This document shows positions 27,926 to 35,613 of a DNA stretch of 64,000 nucleotides, in pieces; position 1 is the first letter of the stretch; each line of letters starts with the position of its first letter. The notes under the pieces were generated by a model. That model did not search any database and was not told where the DNA came from. It saw only the letters and a program-made list of their open reading frames with translations. The stretch comes from Bacteriovoracia bacterium (GTDB taxonomy: Bacteria > Bdellovibrionota > UBA1018 > JBFWNL01). The translations under genes were made by a program, and so were the position numbers. The DNA lies in NCBI GenBank assembly GCA_050251055.1, contig JBFWNL010000009.1, forward strand, positions 75,344 to 139,343, given 5' to 3'.

Positions 27926-28564
27926 CTGAACTATCTGCGTTTCCTTTCCATCGCATTTTTAGTGGTCCAAGGCGCGTGCGCGCGGGGATCGCAAAGCATC
28001 GAAGCTTCGGGGGGAGGTTCTTCCTCGGGCAACCCGATTACCCCGGTGCAGATTCGTTTGAATCGCCTGCCCACGGTCAACGTTTCTACCGTCGTCGGCA
28101 TTTCTGAAATCTACTTCATTAAACCCAATGGCGACGCCGTGCTCGCTTATCAAGCGACCGAGTTCTCGGGGCTGTTGGCCTGGAACGAGGAATTCAATCC
28201 GCTGCCGCTCGCGGCGGCGCCCGCCGGCAGTTATATCGGCCTCCACATCGTGAACCACGCAACCACGATCGTGAACCAGCACGGCGAAAACTTCACCACG
28301 GAAGATCCTTACACAATCCGGTTTGACGGGGTGTTTGAAGTACCGAACGCCCAAGAGGCCCGCATGGGACCGCTCGAGATATCCAACTCGTCGTTTTTCA
28401 CGCGCGCCAGCCGCATGCGTGACGTGAACGCCTTTGGCTACGTGTATTCCGCGATCGGAAAAATTCAAGCCCACCCCCTGGAAGGGAAAGACGGCGTGAC
28501 CGAAGCGGTGAACGTGGTGGAGATCGTTCCGCTTCAGCCCCTGACCCCACCCGGCGGCCCCTAA
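27926..28564 (+). CDS. Hypothetical lipoprotein, probable CTG start
   Basis: In-frame upstream extension of the 27962 ORF gives (M)NYLRFLSIAFLVVQGAC lipobox; GGGGG just upstream; GGGSSSGNP motif. Confidence 0.6.
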   Translation: MNYLRFLSIAFLVVQGACARGSQSIEASGGGSSSGNPITPVQIRLNRLPTVNVSTVVGISEIYFIKPNGDAVLAYQATEFSGLLAWNEEFNPLPLAAAPAGSYIGLHIVNHATTIVNQHGENFTTEDPYTIRFDGVFEVPNAQEARMGPLEISNSSFFTRASRMRDVNAFGYVYSAIGKIQAHPLEGKDGVTEAVNVVEIVPLQPLTPPGGP

Positions 28565-28571
28565 GCCAAAA

Positions 28572-29402
28572 TCAAGCTTCTTCGGCATGGGCGGTGGGAA
28601 ACGCCGCCATGGTTACGTGGTAGACCGCGTTGCGGGAAGGATTCGCTTGGCTCAGCTCGCGAATCTTCTGCATGGTTTCCTCGAATAAAACCGTCACTTT
28701 TTGGTAGGTATCGGCGTCCATACCGATAGTGAAGCCGGAAACGTGGCGTTTCTCGCGCTCCACCCGGTGGAGCGAATCAGCACCCAACGCTAGCATCGCG
28801 ATGTGAAACTCTGTGAGCGCTACCCGGTAGACATTACCCTCGCACTGGATGTGCTTATCCCCCGTCGAAACCCGGCCCTGCTTATCCACCACTTCAATGA
28901 AGCCATGCTCTTTTAGAAACCGAATCGCCTTTTTGATCTCGGCTAGCGGCACCGTGCGGACGAGCCGCCGGCTAATCCACTCGGCATCGAGCTTAAAGTG
29001 CTCAAGCTCCGCCATTTCGCGAATCGTGACGTAAAACCACCGGCTGAAGTAGCGAGAAACCTCAAATTCCTTAGGATTCATGCGCCGGTACGTACGGAAG
29101 TTCTGGATGGCATGAAAGCCTTCGGATCTTTCCTGCAAGTCCTTCGATTGCCCCATGGCGCGCAACGAGCGGAAGAAACTCGCTTCGGATGGAGAAAGAT
29201 CCAAATGCGGAAGGACTTTTTCCAAAGCCTTTTCCGTGAGCGGACGCTTACGCAATAAGACCTGGGGAAAGAAGGCGCTCGAAAAGCCCGCCCGACGGGC
29301 GAACGCCCGGACGGTGAATCGCCCTTTAGCGGCTTTCTTGTAGGCGAACCAGTCCTTCAAAAAGGCAATGGGATCGTGGTAGCTGCGTATATCGGGTTTC
29401 AC
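28572..29402 (-). CDS. TIGR02147 / DUF4423 family HTH protein
   Basis: FLKDWF..KK....FTVRAFARRAGFSS, FSRWFYVTIREM, WISRRL, A...FH..ML.L..DSL, NAVYHV..A.FP. Confidence 0.9.
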   Translation of the reverse strand: MKPDIRSYHDPIAFLKDWFAYKKAAKGRFTVRAFARRAGFSSAFFPQVLLRKRPLTEKALEKVLPHLDLSPSEASFFRSLRAMGQSKDLQERSEGFHAIQNFRTYRRMNPKEFEVSRYFSRWFYVTIREMAELEHFKLDAEWISRRLVRTVPLAEIKKAIRFLKEHGFIEVVDKQGRVSTGDKHIQCEGNVYRVALTEFHIAMLALGADSLHRVEREKRHVSGFTIGMDADTYQKVTVLFEETMQKIRELSQANPSRNAVYHVTMAAFPTAHAEEA

Positions 29403-29529
29403 ATCTAAAATGCTAACAAAATATCAGTCAAAATTCAATATACGGTCAGCAGTACTATGTTACCTAATTGTAATAATTAATTATTTATAAAATATAATCA
29501 AAATCTGCTAACAAAATATATAACATTAT

Positions 29530-29558
29530 TTGACTTACACCGTCGGAAATCGTATGCT
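29530..29558 (+). promoter_or_regulatory. Sigma70-type promoter
   Basis: TTGACT (29530-35), 17 nt, TATGCT (29553-58), downstream of an AT-rich UP-like tract. Confidence 0.75.
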
Positions 29559-29564
29559 GTTTAC

Positions 29565-29795
29565 AAGGGGGCAGCAAAACGGGTTGGGGCAAAGCGGTTC
29601 GCTTGTGGCGACGCCATTCGGGGTAAAATGCCAAAACCCACTACTCCCTAAAATCTTGGTTCGGGGCGCTCACGTTGTCATTCGTAGTGAACGCGTTTTT
29701 TCGACACCCGTGTCTGGCCCATTATCCCTGCGGCCGCGTCGAAAAGGCGAGTCTGAATTCCATTTCGGGGCGAATTCGGGCGACAACGTGAGCGT
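29565..29795 (+). ncRNA. Putative novel structured non-coding RNA
   Basis: Begins at the predicted TSS; 13-bp perfect closing stem 29667-79/29782-94 encloses 12-bp and 10-bp stems that need G-U pairs on the + strand; structured 5' domain; no credible ORF. Confidence 0.6.
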
Positions 29796-29805
29796 GTGGC
29801 ACTCC

Positions 29806-30477
29806 TCACGCGCGTTCCGCGACGACCAGAGTCTTACGCAAAAACTTACCCAAAGCACTGCCTTCCGGTAAATGCTGGTGAATCAAAGCCCATGCCTCGT
29901 CATCCGAAAACGCTCCCGAAGCTTCCCACAAATCCTCGTATAGATGCCGAGTCGCGCCGACCGCGAGCGAAGGAAACGCGCCGTCATCCACCTCCCCAAA
30001 AGCCACGATCGAAAGACGGGTGAAGAGCTCCTTAACGCCCTTGCTATAGGCGCTTTCGTTAAACTTCCCTTGCAGATCGGTCATGCGCTTGAGCTCCTTG
30101 GTGGAAAGCGGCGAATCACTCTCCAAGGCTTCCAATATCCGGCGAGCGGTTAGGGAGTAACGGCTCCCCCCGGGTGGAATCCCGGCGTCCTGGCGCCGAT
30201 ACACGGCCAATAGCGCGGTGAAAAGCGGGCGAGAAAAGAACGTAGCGCGGCCCTGATACCACTTCACGTAGACAACCTGCCGACAGTCGCTTAAGCGCTT
30301 CATGAGATGCCACATGTCCGCAACGCGGTTATCGCCGCTCTCATCCCATTCCCAGCGCATGGGCGTGCGTGGAGAGAATTCATACCAAAGCGAGCGCGGC
30401 TCACGCTTATTGTTCACGGGAAACACGAGCAACACTCCGGCTCGATTGATCTTGCTGATGGCGCTGCGCTGGTTCAT
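29806..30477 (-). CDS. Hypothetical winged-helix protein (AlkZ/YcaQ-related)
   Basis: VVYVKW..GRATFFS and RILEAL....PLSTKELK wHTH-like motifs. Confidence 0.6.
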   Translation of the reverse strand: MNQRSAISKINRAGVLLVFPVNNKREPRSLWYEFSPRTPMRWEWDESGDNRVADMWHLMKRLSDCRQVVYVKWYQGRATFFSRPLFTALLAVYRRQDAGIPPGGSRYSLTARRILEALESDSPLSTKELKRMTDLQGKFNESAYSKGVKELFTRLSIVAFGEVDDGAFPSLAVGATRHLYEDLWEASGAFSDDEAWALIHQHLPEGSALGKFLRKTLVVAERA

Positions 30478-30656
30478 CCGTCTCTTGGTGTATCACGAGA
30501 AAGCCGGACGGCAATCTTGCGGTTGGCGCGAGATTGGGATTCCTCGGTTGGATAGCGGGCGGCTCGTTTTAAAGTGCACGGGCGATTTTGCTTCGCGCAT
30601 CCTGCGCTACGCAAGATCGCTAAGGAAGGTCGCGCCTCCAGCGCTCCTCACCGCAT

Positions 30657-30815
30657 GAACCATTTTTCTTCTCAATTTTATCTTAAAAAAAGACGCCGAC
30701 CCGGGAGGGGGCATCCGCGGGCCACGAGGGCGCTGAGCGGTTGAGCGCATGGAAGCGCGTCCCCCTCACGGGTCGGCGTCTTTTTTTAAGATAAAATTGA
30801 GAAGAAAAATGGTTC
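30657..30815. repeat. Long inverted repeat (47 bp perfect, 55 bp with one mismatch) abutting the tRNA 3' end
   Basis: 30657-30703 is the exact reverse complement of 30769-30815; 49-nt spacer. Confidence 0.95.
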
Positions 30816-30884
30816 GGGCGATTGGGGTTGAACCAACGACCCCCACCGTGTCAAGGTGGTGCTCTGCCACTGAGCTACGCCCGA
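30810..30884 (-). tRNA. tRNA-Val (GAC)
   Basis: TCGGGCG-TAGCTCAGTGGCAGAGC-A-CCACC-TTGACAC-GGTGG-GGGTC-GTTGG-TTCAACC-CCAAT-CGCCCGA-A-CCA cloverleaf with encoded CCA. Confidence 0.97.
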
Positions 30885-30961
30885 ACATTAAATGATTGGC
30901 CTAAAGGATATAGCCTTTCCGCCTTGCTTCCGTCAATACCGGGGTTTAATCTCGTAAAACG

Positions 30962-31696
30962 ATGAAAAAGCCGCCAAAAACCCCCGATTCTCCGCCGGCG
31001 TTTCCCTACGAGCCCATTCGCGAAATCGCCCCGGACCTGTTCTGCGTGGACGGGGATTGGCGTAACGCTTTCCGTCGCCGAATGACGATCATGCGACTCA
31101 AATCCCGCGAACTCATCGTCCATAGTGCGATCCATCTCCGCGACGAGGACTACCGCGCACTCGACAAGCTAGGCGAAGTCTCTACCATCGTGGTGCCGAA
31201 CAAGTTCCATTGCAGCGAGGCCTTCCTTTATGCGGAACGCTATCCGACCGCGAACGTCCTCGTTTCCCCCGCGGCCGTAAAGGCCATCCAAGGCCGTTGC
31301 CGCGTCGACGGCCTGCTGCCCACCGACTGGCCCGCGCGCGCAAAGGAAGAGGTCGAATGCCTGTCCGTACAAGGCACGCGCTTATTGGAGGAAACGGTTT
31401 TTTTCCACCGCGCTTCGAAGAGCCTCGTGACCACCGACCTGGTTTTCAATCTGCAATTCGAAATGCGGGGCCTTGGAAAAATTTTCGGGAAGTGGAATCG
31501 GATTTACAAGCGGTTTGGACCGAGCAATATCTTTCGACTCGTGTTTACAAAAGACCCCGAGATGGTGCAGGAATCCGTGAACCGCATCTTGCGCTGGGAC
31601 TTCGACCGCGTAATCATGAACCACGGGCAAATCCTGGAAAAAGGCGGGCGCGAAGCGCTCCAGCGCGGTTTTGCCGAAATATTCCCTAAAAAATAG
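30962..31696 (+). CDS. DUF4336 family (metallo-beta-lactamase-like) protein
   Basis: RRMTIMRL, VVPNKFH, ETVFFH..SKSLVTTDL, WDFDRVIMNHG. Confidence 0.85.
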   Translation: MKKPPKTPDSPPAFPYEPIREIAPDLFCVDGDWRNAFRRRMTIMRLKSRELIVHSAIHLRDEDYRALDKLGEVSTIVVPNKFHCSEAFLYAERYPTANVLVSPAAVKAIQGRCRVDGLLPTDWPARAKEEVECLSVQGTRLLEETVFFHRASKSLVTTDLVFNLQFEMRGLGKIFGKWNRIYKRFGPSNIFRLVFTKDPEMVQESVNRILRWDFDRVIMNHGQILEKGGREALQRGFAEIFPKK

Positions 31697-32375
31697 AGTT
31701 TTCTGCGCTCCCATAGACGGCTTCCGTCGCGCGCGTAATAACCTGCCCCGCTTCATCAAATAGTGCGGACGCAGGGGGCTCGGAAAACACGAAGTCCGCC
31801 GAGGCGCAAAGCCCGCAGGGATTGATCCCAAAAAAACTCTCCGGCGTACGAAAGAAGTTGATGGCTAGCCCATGCAACAACCAGCCGTCCACGATTTGCA
31901 CGCCTACCGACGCGAGTTTCCCACGCGCGGTCCACACGCCCGTTTGCGTGCCGCCGCGAATCTCGGCCGGACAATCAAACTGCCGAGCCGCCCGAACGCC
32001 GATCTCCAGTAAGCCTTCCACCGCTTTACGCACCCCACGCGAATCCCCCACCAAACGCGCCAAGGGAAAGACGGGGAAAAGCACCCATTGACCCGGTCCA
32101 TGGTAGGTCGCAAGCCCCCCGCGATCAGTCGTCAGGACTTCTACTCCTCGAGACGCGAAATCATCGGGTGAGGCCAACAGCTGATCGGCCCCCGCGCGAC
32201 GTCCCAGGGTAATGACGGGAGAAACTTCGGAGAGCAGGAATCGGCCCTCGCCTGCGCGCATCAGCTCACGCTGACGCTCATCCTTGCGAGCGTAAGTCCA
32301 AGGAGCCGCTTTCGAATGGCGGCGGACCTCCCAGGCGGATTTCCCATGGATTTCCATGGGCGAGCCATACCACAT
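31686..32375 (-). CDS. lipB: Lipoyl(octanoyl) transferase
   Basis: PVITLGRR, TDRGGLATYHGPGQ.V, GVW....KLASVG, HGLAIN, F.GINPCGL. Confidence 0.92.
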   Translation of the reverse strand: MWYGSPMEIHGKSAWEVRRHSKAAPWTYARKDERQRELMRAGEGRFLLSEVSPVITLGRRAGADQLLASPDDFASRGVEVLTTDRGGLATYHGPGQWVLFPVFPLARLVGDSRGVRKAVEGLLEIGVRAARQFDCPAEIRGGTQTGVWTARGKLASVGVQIVDGWLLHGLAINFFRTPESFFGINPCGLCASADFVFSEPPASALFDEAGQVITRATEAVYGSAENSIF

Positions 32376-32512
32376 CCCCTACATGTCCGGGCATGTCGGC
32401 TGACGGAGGTCAAAAATCCGACTATATTGCACTGCGTTACGAATCAGCACTCGGGCTAAACCCTTAAGTCATTCATATTACGACTTAATTTAGGATCAGG
32501 AGATCGAATCAT

Positions 32513-33190
32513 ATGAAGCGAATCATTTTCACTGTTTTAGCCATGGCGTCCACCAGCTGGGCAATGGCGGACCAACTCACCCCCCAGCAACAGATCGACA
32601 CGGTCGCGGGAGACCTCGAAGCCCTCATCATGCAACAACGGGTGACCTTCCCCCAAGGCGCCGCCGACCAGTTGGTCTACATGCAGGCGCTCCTGACCCT
32701 CAAAAACGTTTCCAAAGAACTCGCCGCCGCCCCGGCTCCGGCAGCGGACCCCAACCAACCCGATAAGATGGACAAACTCGTGGAAGAGCTCGTCGAACTC
32801 CAGGGCCACGTCTCCGCTTTCTTGGGCGAAAAGAACACCTTCGGCTACGTGCTGAAAAAAGATCCCTCGCAGATCAAGATCAATGGCGCGGCTATCATTG
32901 GCGGCGTCGGCAGTAAGGTCGGCGGCGTGCTGGGCGGGATCCTGGGAGGCAGCGTAAAGATCGATACCTCGAAGGAGATCGTGAGCAAGTTCCAGGAATA
33001 TCGCGGCAAGTACCTCGCCAAGCTGGCGCAGATCGCCGGTTTGGACAAAACCGACGACCGCGCCCGCGCGCAAGTAGCCTGGCCGCGCTCATTCAAAGTG
33101 ATCTACCCGGGCGGTGATGGCTTCGGAAAGGAATTCTGGTCCCAACCGGAATGCATCAAGCTCTTCAACGATTACGACCTCTGCCGTTAA
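32513..33190 (+). CDS. Secreted hypothetical protein with glycine-zipper-like segment
   Basis: AGGAG RBS; signal peptide ...WAMA; IIGGVGSKVGGVLGGILGG. Confidence 0.75.
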   Translation: MKRIIFTVLAMASTSWAMADQLTPQQQIDTVAGDLEALIMQQRVTFPQGAADQLVYMQALLTLKNVSKELAAAPAPAADPNQPDKMDKLVEELVELQGHVSAFLGEKNTFGYVLKKDPSQIKINGAAIIGGVGSKVGGVLGGILGGSVKIDTSKEIVSKFQEYRGKYLAKLAQIAGLDKTDDRARAQVAWPRSFKVIYPGGDGFGKEFWSQPECIKLFNDYDLCR

Positions 33191-33206
33191 AAAAGGAGAA
33201 GAAATC

Positions 33207-33887
33207 ATGCAAAAATCAAAACACTTTCTAGCCGGTCTGATTGTGTTGGCGAGCGTCAGTCTCGCGGGATCGGCGGCGGCGACTGCCGACGAAGGCAAAA
33301 AAACGCATCCGAAGTTGAACAAATCGGAAGTGAATAAGTGCGTGAAGGCGCTCAGCAAGAAGTTCCTCGTCGGCCACTACGAAGGCTGGGACTCGATGTA
33401 TAAGGATCGCTTCACCACCTATTGCGAAAGCAACGGATTTCGTCTGCCCGCTTACTTGGAATGCAACAACCGGATCGCCGAAAAGCTAAAGACGGCGCTT
33501 CCGGATACGATTCCGGCGTTCTGCCGGCACGCCCGTGAGCGCAATGCGGCGGCATACTTGGAATACCAAGATTGCATCATCGATCTGTATCCGATCAGTG
33601 GTTTCGGTGCCTTCGCCCGGAGTCACTGTGTGGACAACTCGAGCGTTGAGGCGCGTAACTGCGTGAAGAACGCGCCCAAGGACGAAAATGCCCCGCGCAT
33701 TTTCGAGCCGGTGGGTGAACCCGACGCGAATGGCAACCCGCCCACTTCCGGCGCCGCAGACCCCACCTTCCGCAAGGCTGAACAGGCCAAACAGGCGATG
33801 GATGACTGCGCCAAGAAGTTCCCCAAGCAGGTTCGCGCGGATGACGACGAGTCCTTGAACTGGTATCCGCTCCCTCACGAGAAATAG
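33207..33887 (+). CDS. Secreted cysteine-rich hypothetical protein
   Basis: AAGGAG RBS before ATG 33207; signal peptide; 8 Cys in the mature part. Confidence 0.75.
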   Translation: MQKSKHFLAGLIVLASVSLAGSAAATADEGKKTHPKLNKSEVNKCVKALSKKFLVGHYEGWDSMYKDRFTTYCESNGFRLPAYLECNNRIAEKLKTALPDTIPAFCRHARERNAAAYLEYQDCIIDLYPISGFGAFARSHCVDNSSVEARNCVKNAPKDENAPRIFEPVGEPDANGNPPTSGAADPTFRKAEQAKQAMDDCAKKFPKQVRADDDESLNWYPLPHEK

Positions 33888-33901
33888 GTTGTCTCAACGA
33901 A

Positions 33902-33936
33902 GCCCCGCGGCGTACGTCACCTGGACGTCGCGGGGC
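33902..33936. terminator. GC-rich hairpin between convergent genes
   Basis: GCCCCGCG...CGCGGGGC imperfect stem. Confidence 0.5.
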
Positions 33937-33942
33937 CAATCT

Positions 33943-35613
33943 TTAAAAATCGGTTTTCTTTTCCGGGAAGATACGAGGGCCGGCGATCGTGTAGATTCGG
34001 TCCGGCGCTAGATAAGCGTCGATTCGATAGCCCCCCGTGCGGCTGAGCAACACGTGAAAATGCTCGGACGTGAAGTACCGCAAGCCGTGCGCAACGAGCT
34101 TTTCCTCCGGCATGCCTTGGGCTTTGACCGTGCCGGAAACGGATAATGTGCCGTCGTCTTGCCGCTTATACTCCACCAACACTTCCAAACCGATTCTATC
34201 CGCACGTAGCGAAGTGGTTCCATCACTTTCGGTGTGCTCGACCGAGATGTCGTCCTTGGTCTGAGCGAACGGGTCCGCCATCGCGCCGAGACCTCGGACT
34301 AATGCCATGGAAGTCACCCCTTTTCCATTTTCATGGTAGCCCGGGAGCTTGTAATCCAAGCCGGGCGGTAGGGGTTCGTCGGGATGGCTTAGCCAAAATT
34401 TCCCGTCCTTTTCGAAAACACCGCGCAGTAATTCGGGTTTGGCCAAACTTTGACGAATCGAAGGCGAAGCCGGCTCAAACTCATTCCACCCGTAACCGTT
34501 GCGCTCACGCAGCGAAAGCCAGCGTTTTCCGTCAACCAAGATTCCCGTCACGGGCAACGCACGCTTTCCCGGACGCATCGCCCCCGGGCCTCCGTCACCC
34601 AGGCTACCACCACCGTCGCCTAAACTACCGCCGCCATCTCCTAAACTTCCTCCGGCCGGGATCTTAAGTTCGCGCAGATGTACCGCCCCGGAAGCGACAT
34701 AAAGAGTCCCCTGCCGATCGCGACGCACCGGCTCCTGATCGATGGATTCTTTACATTTGAAGATGTCCTGAATCAGGCGAAAAATTTTCGGGCCCGGCAG
34801 CGCGGCGATCTGCCGGCCGTAGGCATCCACCGCTAGCACCATACCGATCAATCGGTCGTTTTCACGGTAGAAGTGCGCTGACATCGCCATATTGGAATTT
34901 TGATCGACATTGCCCCACGGGTCCGGCCAGGCAATCACCGCCGATCCCGATTGCCCACGCCAACCCCGGCCAAAAACCAGCAATAGGCGCCCCGTTTCGT
35001 CGTGACCGGCGATGCCGGTCTCGTAAGAGGCGACCGCCATGGTTACCATGTGATGCGTTTTGATTTTCCAATCCGCCGGCACATCGGGGGATTCAATGCG
35101 AAGCTGGGTTTTCTGGCGCGTACTGACGGCATCGATATCGTAGCCTTCTACCACGTGAAACTTCGTGGCGATCGGTAAACACGGCGTATTGGCCACGGCG
35201 GACGAAAACAGAGAAAAATCCGCCAACCCACTCGTATCTTCGAGCCGCAGCTCTAAGCCATCTTCGGTCACTATCTGGTTTTTTCCGTCGGAAACGTGCG
35301 CCGGAGTAATCCACCACGACCGATTGGGCGGGGGTTTGCGCCAGAGTCGCCGTGCCTCGCGATCTTCTTCGTAATATTTCTTATCCAAGCACACGTGCAC
35401 GGCGGTGCCGATGCGCCGGCCGCCGACTTTATCTAAGAGCACGCTCGTATAGCGCGCGCCACCCACTTCGGTAAGCCCCACTTGGGAAGAGTCGCTATTT
35501 CGGGTCAACTCCTGAAAAAACGACGGCGGCTCCTCGGCGCGCACGCGAATCCAATCGCCCATCGCCCAGGCGAGCAAGATTCCACCGACGGTGATCCACC
35601 GGCTCGAGTTCAC
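33943..35613 (-). CDS. Secreted trypsin-like serine protease with GGSLGDG x3 repeat
   Basis: Signal peptide; WITPAHV (His), ADFSLF (Asp), GQSGSAV (Ser), LIGMV. Confidence 0.65.
   Translation of the reverse strand: MNSSRWITVGGILLAWAMGDWIRVRAEEPPSFFQELTRNSDSSQVGLTEVGGARYTSVLLDKVGGRRIGTAVHVCLDKKYYEEDREARRLWRKPPPNRSWWITPAHVSDGKNQIVTEDGLELRLEDTSGLADFSLFSSAVANTPCLPIATKFHVVEGYDIDAVSTRQKTQLRIESPDVPADWKIKTHHMVTMAVASYETGIAGHDETGRLLLVFGRGWRGQSGSAVIAWPDPWGNVDQNSNMAMSAHFYRENDRLIGMVLAVDAYGRQIAALPGPKIFRLIQDIFKCKESIDQEPVRRDRQGTLYVASGAVHLRELKIPAGGSLGDGGGSLGDGGGSLGDGGPGAMRPGKRALPVTGILVDGKRWLSLRERNGYGWNEFEPASPSIRQSLAKPELLRGVFEKDGKFWLSHPDEPLPPGLDYKLPGYHENGKGVTSMALVRGLGAMADPFAQTKDDISVEHTESDGTTSLRADRIGLEVLVEYKRQDDGTLSVSGTVKAQGMPEEKLVAHGLRYFTSEHFHVLLSRTGGYRIDAYLAPDRIYTIAGPRIFPEKKTDF

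Noticed and set aside
29586-29635. GGCAAA...GACGC resemblance to a c-di-GMP-I (GEMM) riboswitch
   Set aside because: Lacks the GNRA tetraloop/receptor and GCAAA/P2 consensus as far as I can see; needs a covariance-model search.
29530-29871. 113-aa + strand ORF across the putative ncRNA, and the 7-codon MPKPTTP mini-ORF
   Set aside because: The long ORF's possible starts overlap the -35/-10 boxes and lack an RBS; the mini-ORF is too short to support.
30478-30960. Prophage or integrative element at tRNA-Val
   Set aside because: No integrase and no direct repeat of the tRNA 3' end seen; the duplication present is inverted.
32409-32422. GTC-N8-GAC palindromes upstream of secreted genes (also 61092-61105; near-match 27124-27137)
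   Set aside because: A 6-bp motif is expected about this often by chance in the intergenic DNA here.
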